Assembly: GCA_046563655.1 (NCBI GenBank)
Contig: CM102284.1
Span: forward strand, 3,100,001 to 3,164,000
Origin: Yuukianura sp. NJ FZ-2021
Lineage: Eukaryota
Direction: 5' to 3'
DNA: 64,000 bases
Shown: positions 62,476 through 64,000 of the stretch, one piece after another
Position numbering within the stretch: the stretch's first letter is position 1
How the letters are laid out: the number at the start of each line of letters is the position of its first letter
The notes under the pieces: model-generated
Told to the model about the DNA's origin: nothing
The model's database searches: none
Seen by the model: only the letters and a program-made list of their open reading frames with translations
Program-made: the position numbers and the translations under genes

Positions 62476-64000
62476 GTACAAAATAAAAAAAGTAGAGCCG
62501 GTCGTAATGTCGACCTTATATTTTATTGCATTCCGACGGGCGCGGGCGAGGAAAACTACAAGATTTGTATTATCCCGAACCCGGTTCCAGATCTGGAATC
62601 AATCGGGACAATACAAATCATCATCGCACTCTGGCCATAGGGCGATGATGAAAAAGTTTTTTTAAAAAAATACACTTAATTACTAATTCCCAGCATTGGC
62701 AAATACCAAGCATTGACAATGGATTTTTAATAGCATGAAAGAATTCTCGTACGTCTTGTCCAATGCAACGGACTAAAGCCCAAATATCAGTCTACAGTGT
62801 TAAACACCGCAAAATCGTTTAAGTGGAATTTTTTTTTTAAATTTGCGATTTCTGGGGAAGATTGAAAATATACAACCCAAAGTTTGAAAGTATAATACAA
62901 CCTTTGAGTTTGTTGTTGCCTACTTTTCGCTGAACAGCACTGTAATAAATTGTCCATCCTGCGTTTGAATGCGTGACATTAATTGCGGATAAATGGAAAT
63001 CTCATTAGACGCTTCCAAAGGTTTTATCAGGAAACAGGATCAATAAAAAAAACTGAATCAGAATTTCGTAATTGTGAGGGTTAGGATAAGTTGATTTTGC
63101 GGATGATTCGGAGTTAAATGGCGTAATTACATGGGTGAGGGACAAAGGGCCTTCGAAGTCCTTTCTCTGACAAGTGACAGTTGAATTATGGTCCATGGCT
63201 CTTTTATCACTCCCTTCAATCCCACTTCCCACATCACTACTCACACTCAAATCGGTCGCGTGCCGATGCCACAAAAATGAACCACTTGAACCTCTTCACA
63301 GGCCCTTTGTGTAACAATCGAAAGGAGGAGCAGGACAAGCTACTGCCACAGGCGTCGTCTCTCGGCCACTTAATTGATACACGCTGAAAATGTACGGAAA
63401 CCATTCCTCGGTCTAGTTCACAATCCTAGGCTGTGTTTTCAATTCCAGGGGGTGGCTATAACTACTGGAAATCTGGAGAGGTCATCAAGTGTACATGAGG
63501 TCAAAGTTCCGGTGGCACTCCAAAGGAAATTTAGTATTTGACAGATATTCCCAGCGAAAACTATAGTGACAAACCAACTTCGGCTAAATGATTTATTCTA
63601 TTTCATTGACAAACTTTATCCTCCAAGATCAAGGGCCCTTTTGAAAGGTAGATCCAAGGGCTAAGGGCTCTTGATAAGAATCTCCGTGTTACTGGGAAAA
63701 CTGTTTGAAAATTAAATTGTCGTATTGCACAGCTCAAAGTGTGGGAACAAACTGATAAAATTATTTATATTCTTTGGCATTATTTTTTTTCAAATTGTTT
63801 TAAGGAAAAATATTTAAAAAAAAAAGTAAAAAATACACAGCAGGAAATATTACCTACTTCAGTTTTTATAATTTTTTGCACTTCGAAGGTTCGATTACTT
63901 ACTTAGTTATTAATATCATTCAAAAACAAGCTTTTTCAAGAATTTGTTGTTTTCAGTCCTTTGCGTTGAACCATGCGATATGTGACGCGTGAAAGCGATA

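Noticed and set aside
1-64000. tRNA, rRNA or known miRNA genes
   Set aside because: No cloverleaf or rRNA-like segment and no mature miRNA I recognise; isolated GGTTCGA boxes (~3523, ~49036) lack tRNA structure.

Overview
Eukaryotic, intron-containing, AT-rich DNA that looks arthropod/hexapod. It is not prokaryotic, and I found no CRISPR array, rRNA or tRNA. From left to right: (1) about 9.2 copies of a homogeneous 188-bp satellite (1-~1735); (2) a large minus-strand muscleblind (mbl/MBNL) gene whose coding exons I reconstructed by hand from GT-AG sites (24312 down to 4679), with up to four alternative C-termini and a repeat-rich region of about 22 kb upstream of the first coding exon; (3) a complete 11-exon Cullin-3 (minus, 772 aa); (4) an 8-exon TMEM164 (plus, 307 aa) that the ORF track largely misses; (5) a convergent 11-exon ACADVL (minus, 639 aa). 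Several non-autonomous transposons have clear ends: an Ac/Ds-like hAT MITE, a P-type MITE, HINE/DINE-like elements, foldback elements and a LINE tail. The most interesting signal is an apparent RNA-level control system in the mbl 3' region. A ~26-bp long-range duplex brackets one alternative terminal exon, two terminal ORFs abut at an AAA-TAA +1 junction, a second candidate RNA bridge spans the last intron, and there are Rbfox and MBNL motif clusters. The start-codon exon is circMbl-like and back-splicing would give a short ORF. All gene identities come from recalled family motifs; no database search was run.
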